DNA of 64,000 nt from assembly GCA_025057315.1 (NCBI GenBank), contig JANWXW010000134.1:129-64128 (forward strand). Reading direction: 5' to 3'. Positions within the stretch are counted from its first letter, which is position 1, and every line of letters begins with the position of its first letter. The translations under genes were made by a program, and so were the position numbers. The notes under the pieces are model-generated. The model had not been told where the DNA came from. It was given only the letters and a program-made list of their open reading frames with translations, and made no database searches. Source of the stretch: Myxococcota bacterium (lineage in GTDB: Bacteria; Myxococcota_A; Polyangia; Palsa-1104; JAEUJZ01). Shown here in pieces: positions 62,477 to 64,000 of the stretch.

Positions 62477-63805
62477 ATGCAGTCCGCCCCTCCCTCCCAG
62501 AGCGAGTCCATCGGGCAGCCTGTGGGAGACTACCGCCTTGCAAGGGTGCTGGGGCAGGGCCGGCTCGGCTCGGTGTATGAGGCAACCCATCAGGTGACCG
62601 GCCAGCGCTGCGCGATCAGGCTGCTCTCGCCCACCCTGTCGCGCTCGCCGCAGGTGATGGCGCGCTTTCCTTACGAAGCGCGGGCGGTGAGCCTGGTGCA
62701 TCATGCCAGCCTGTGCGAGCTGCGCGAGTTTGGGGTTTCGCGGCAGGGGGTAGCGTTTCTGGTCATGGAGTACTTGGAGGGCGAGACGCTGCGTGCCCGC
62801 CTAGCCCAGCAGGGCCGCCTCAGCGAGGAGGAGGCGCTGACCGTGGGGCGTCAGGTGGCGCGGGCGCTGTCGGTGGCGCATGCCGCCGACATTGCGCACG
62901 GCAACCTGAACCCGGCCCAGCTCTGGCTGGTGCAGGACCCGTGGAAGCCAGGGGCCCGGCGGGCCAAGGTGGTCGAGCTGGGCCTGTTGCGCGTGGCCAC
63001 GGGGGGCGGTGAGACCGCGGCGCTGGCCAGGGCCGTGGGGTCGCCGCCCTATCTGGCGCCCGAGCAGCGCGCCGCAGTGGGGTCAGGGCCGCCGGCCGAC
63101 GTCTACGCGCTCGGCGTGATCATCTATGAGATGCTGGCGGGTCACCCGCCCTTTCCGGGGACTACGCTCGAGGAGGTGGAGGCCGCTCAGGCACACCCGG
63201 CGCCCTCGCTGCGCGAGCTTAACCCAACAATTCCCCAAGAGATGGCACGGCTGGTGGACCGGATGATGGCCCGGGCGCCCACGGACCGCCCAAGCATGGG
63301 GGAGGTGGCCGAGGAACTGGATCGGATGGACGCCTTCCGGGCCACCCTGGCCTACACCCCGGTGGAGGTGCCGCAAGAGGGCTCATCTCGTCCCCAGGTG
63401 CCAGGGCGAGGCACCATGGCCTGGGCCCAGCTGCTGCTGCAGCAGCGACGCGAGGAACGGCGCAAGGACAAAGAGGGCCGGGCGCCCCACCCAGCCGACA
63501 GAGGGCGGGGACTGACCCGGCGGGTGCTACTTGGCCTCATGGGGGCCTCGATGCTGTTTGGCATCGGCGGGGGGGTGGCTTATCTGATGCGCCGGCGACC
63601 GGAAGAGCCATCACGCCCGCCGGCTTCCCCGCCGGCCTCCCCGCTGGCCTCTCCATCACCCCCGCCGACCTCCCCGGTGGCCACAAAGGAGCCCTCGCCA
63701 GAGGAGCAGGGTGAGCCGGACAGAAAGCGCCGGCGCAGGGACAGGGGCAAGCGGCGGGACCGAACCCGGAGCAAAAAGAAGAGGCGGCGTTCGCAGGCGC
63801 GCTAG
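62477..63805 (+). CDS. Ser/Thr kinase-like protein, probable pseudokinase, with TM helix and basic tail
   Basis: Kinase fold (LGQGRLG, LVMEYLEG, YLAPEQ, DVYALG) with CAIR, HGN and ELG replacing VAIK, HRD and DFG; RBS GGAGG. Confidence 0.85.
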   Translation: MQSAPPSQSESIGQPVGDYRLARVLGQGRLGSVYEATHQVTGQRCAIRLLSPTLSRSPQVMARFPYEARAVSLVHHASLCELREFGVSRQGVAFLVMEYLEGETLRARLAQQGRLSEEEALTVGRQVARALSVAHAADIAHGNLNPAQLWLVQDPWKPGARRAKVVELGLLRVATGGGETAALARAVGSPPYLAPEQRAAVGSGPPADVYALGVIIYEMLAGHPPFPGTTLEEVEAAQAHPAPSLRELNPTIPQEMARLVDRMMARAPTDRPSMGEVAEELDRMDAFRATLAYTPVEVPQEGSSRPQVPGRGTMAWAQLLLQQRREERRKDKEGRAPHPADRGRGLTRRVLLGLMGASMLFGIGGGVAYLMRRRPEEPSRPPASPPASPLASPSPPPTSPVATKEPSPEEQGEPDRKRRRRDRGKRRDRTRSKKKRRRSQAR

Positions 63806-64000
63806 CAGGGGCTGATGGGCAGGCCGGGCGCGGCAGAGGCAATCGGCGGCCGCGCTCACTTCCGCTCGCAGCGCAAGGTCAGGGATGCAAGGCGTGCATG
63901 CCTGATGCAGGGGGTGGACAGGGCGATGTTGCCTGCTGCCATGGGCCGCACAAGGGCGCGCACAGACGCACAGAGGAGGCCAGAGGGGGGGGCATGGTGA

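Overview
High-GC chromosomal window of a myxobacterium-like organism (Myxococcota), inferred from a MYXO-CTERM protein, Cys-rich lipoproteins, Ser/Thr kinases, PEGA and DUF4388 proteins. I found no rRNA, tRNA, CRISPR array, IS or prophage. Core genes present include yajC-secD-secF, xerC, greB, pfkA, rmlC and type III glutamine synthetase. The most striking element is a tightly coupled minus-strand operon at 220-6412: napD - napA - tetraheme napB - Rieske protein - heme-ci-type cytochrome b - membrane-anchored octaheme HAO-like cytochrome. It lacks napC and napGH and looks like a Rieske/cytochrome b-driven nitrate/nitrite reduction module. Other notable items: a RegB-like kinase paired with a sigma54 activator next to a sigma54-driven usp gene, an alkyl-DHAP-synthase-like/GlcE-like/GlcF-like cluster, a Tat-lipoprotein carotenoid-oxygenase homolog, many apparent leaderless promoters, palindromic intergenic tandem repeats, a pseudokinase, a cereblon-like protein and one multiply frameshifted gene. 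All family calls come from motif recognition by eye; no database search was run.
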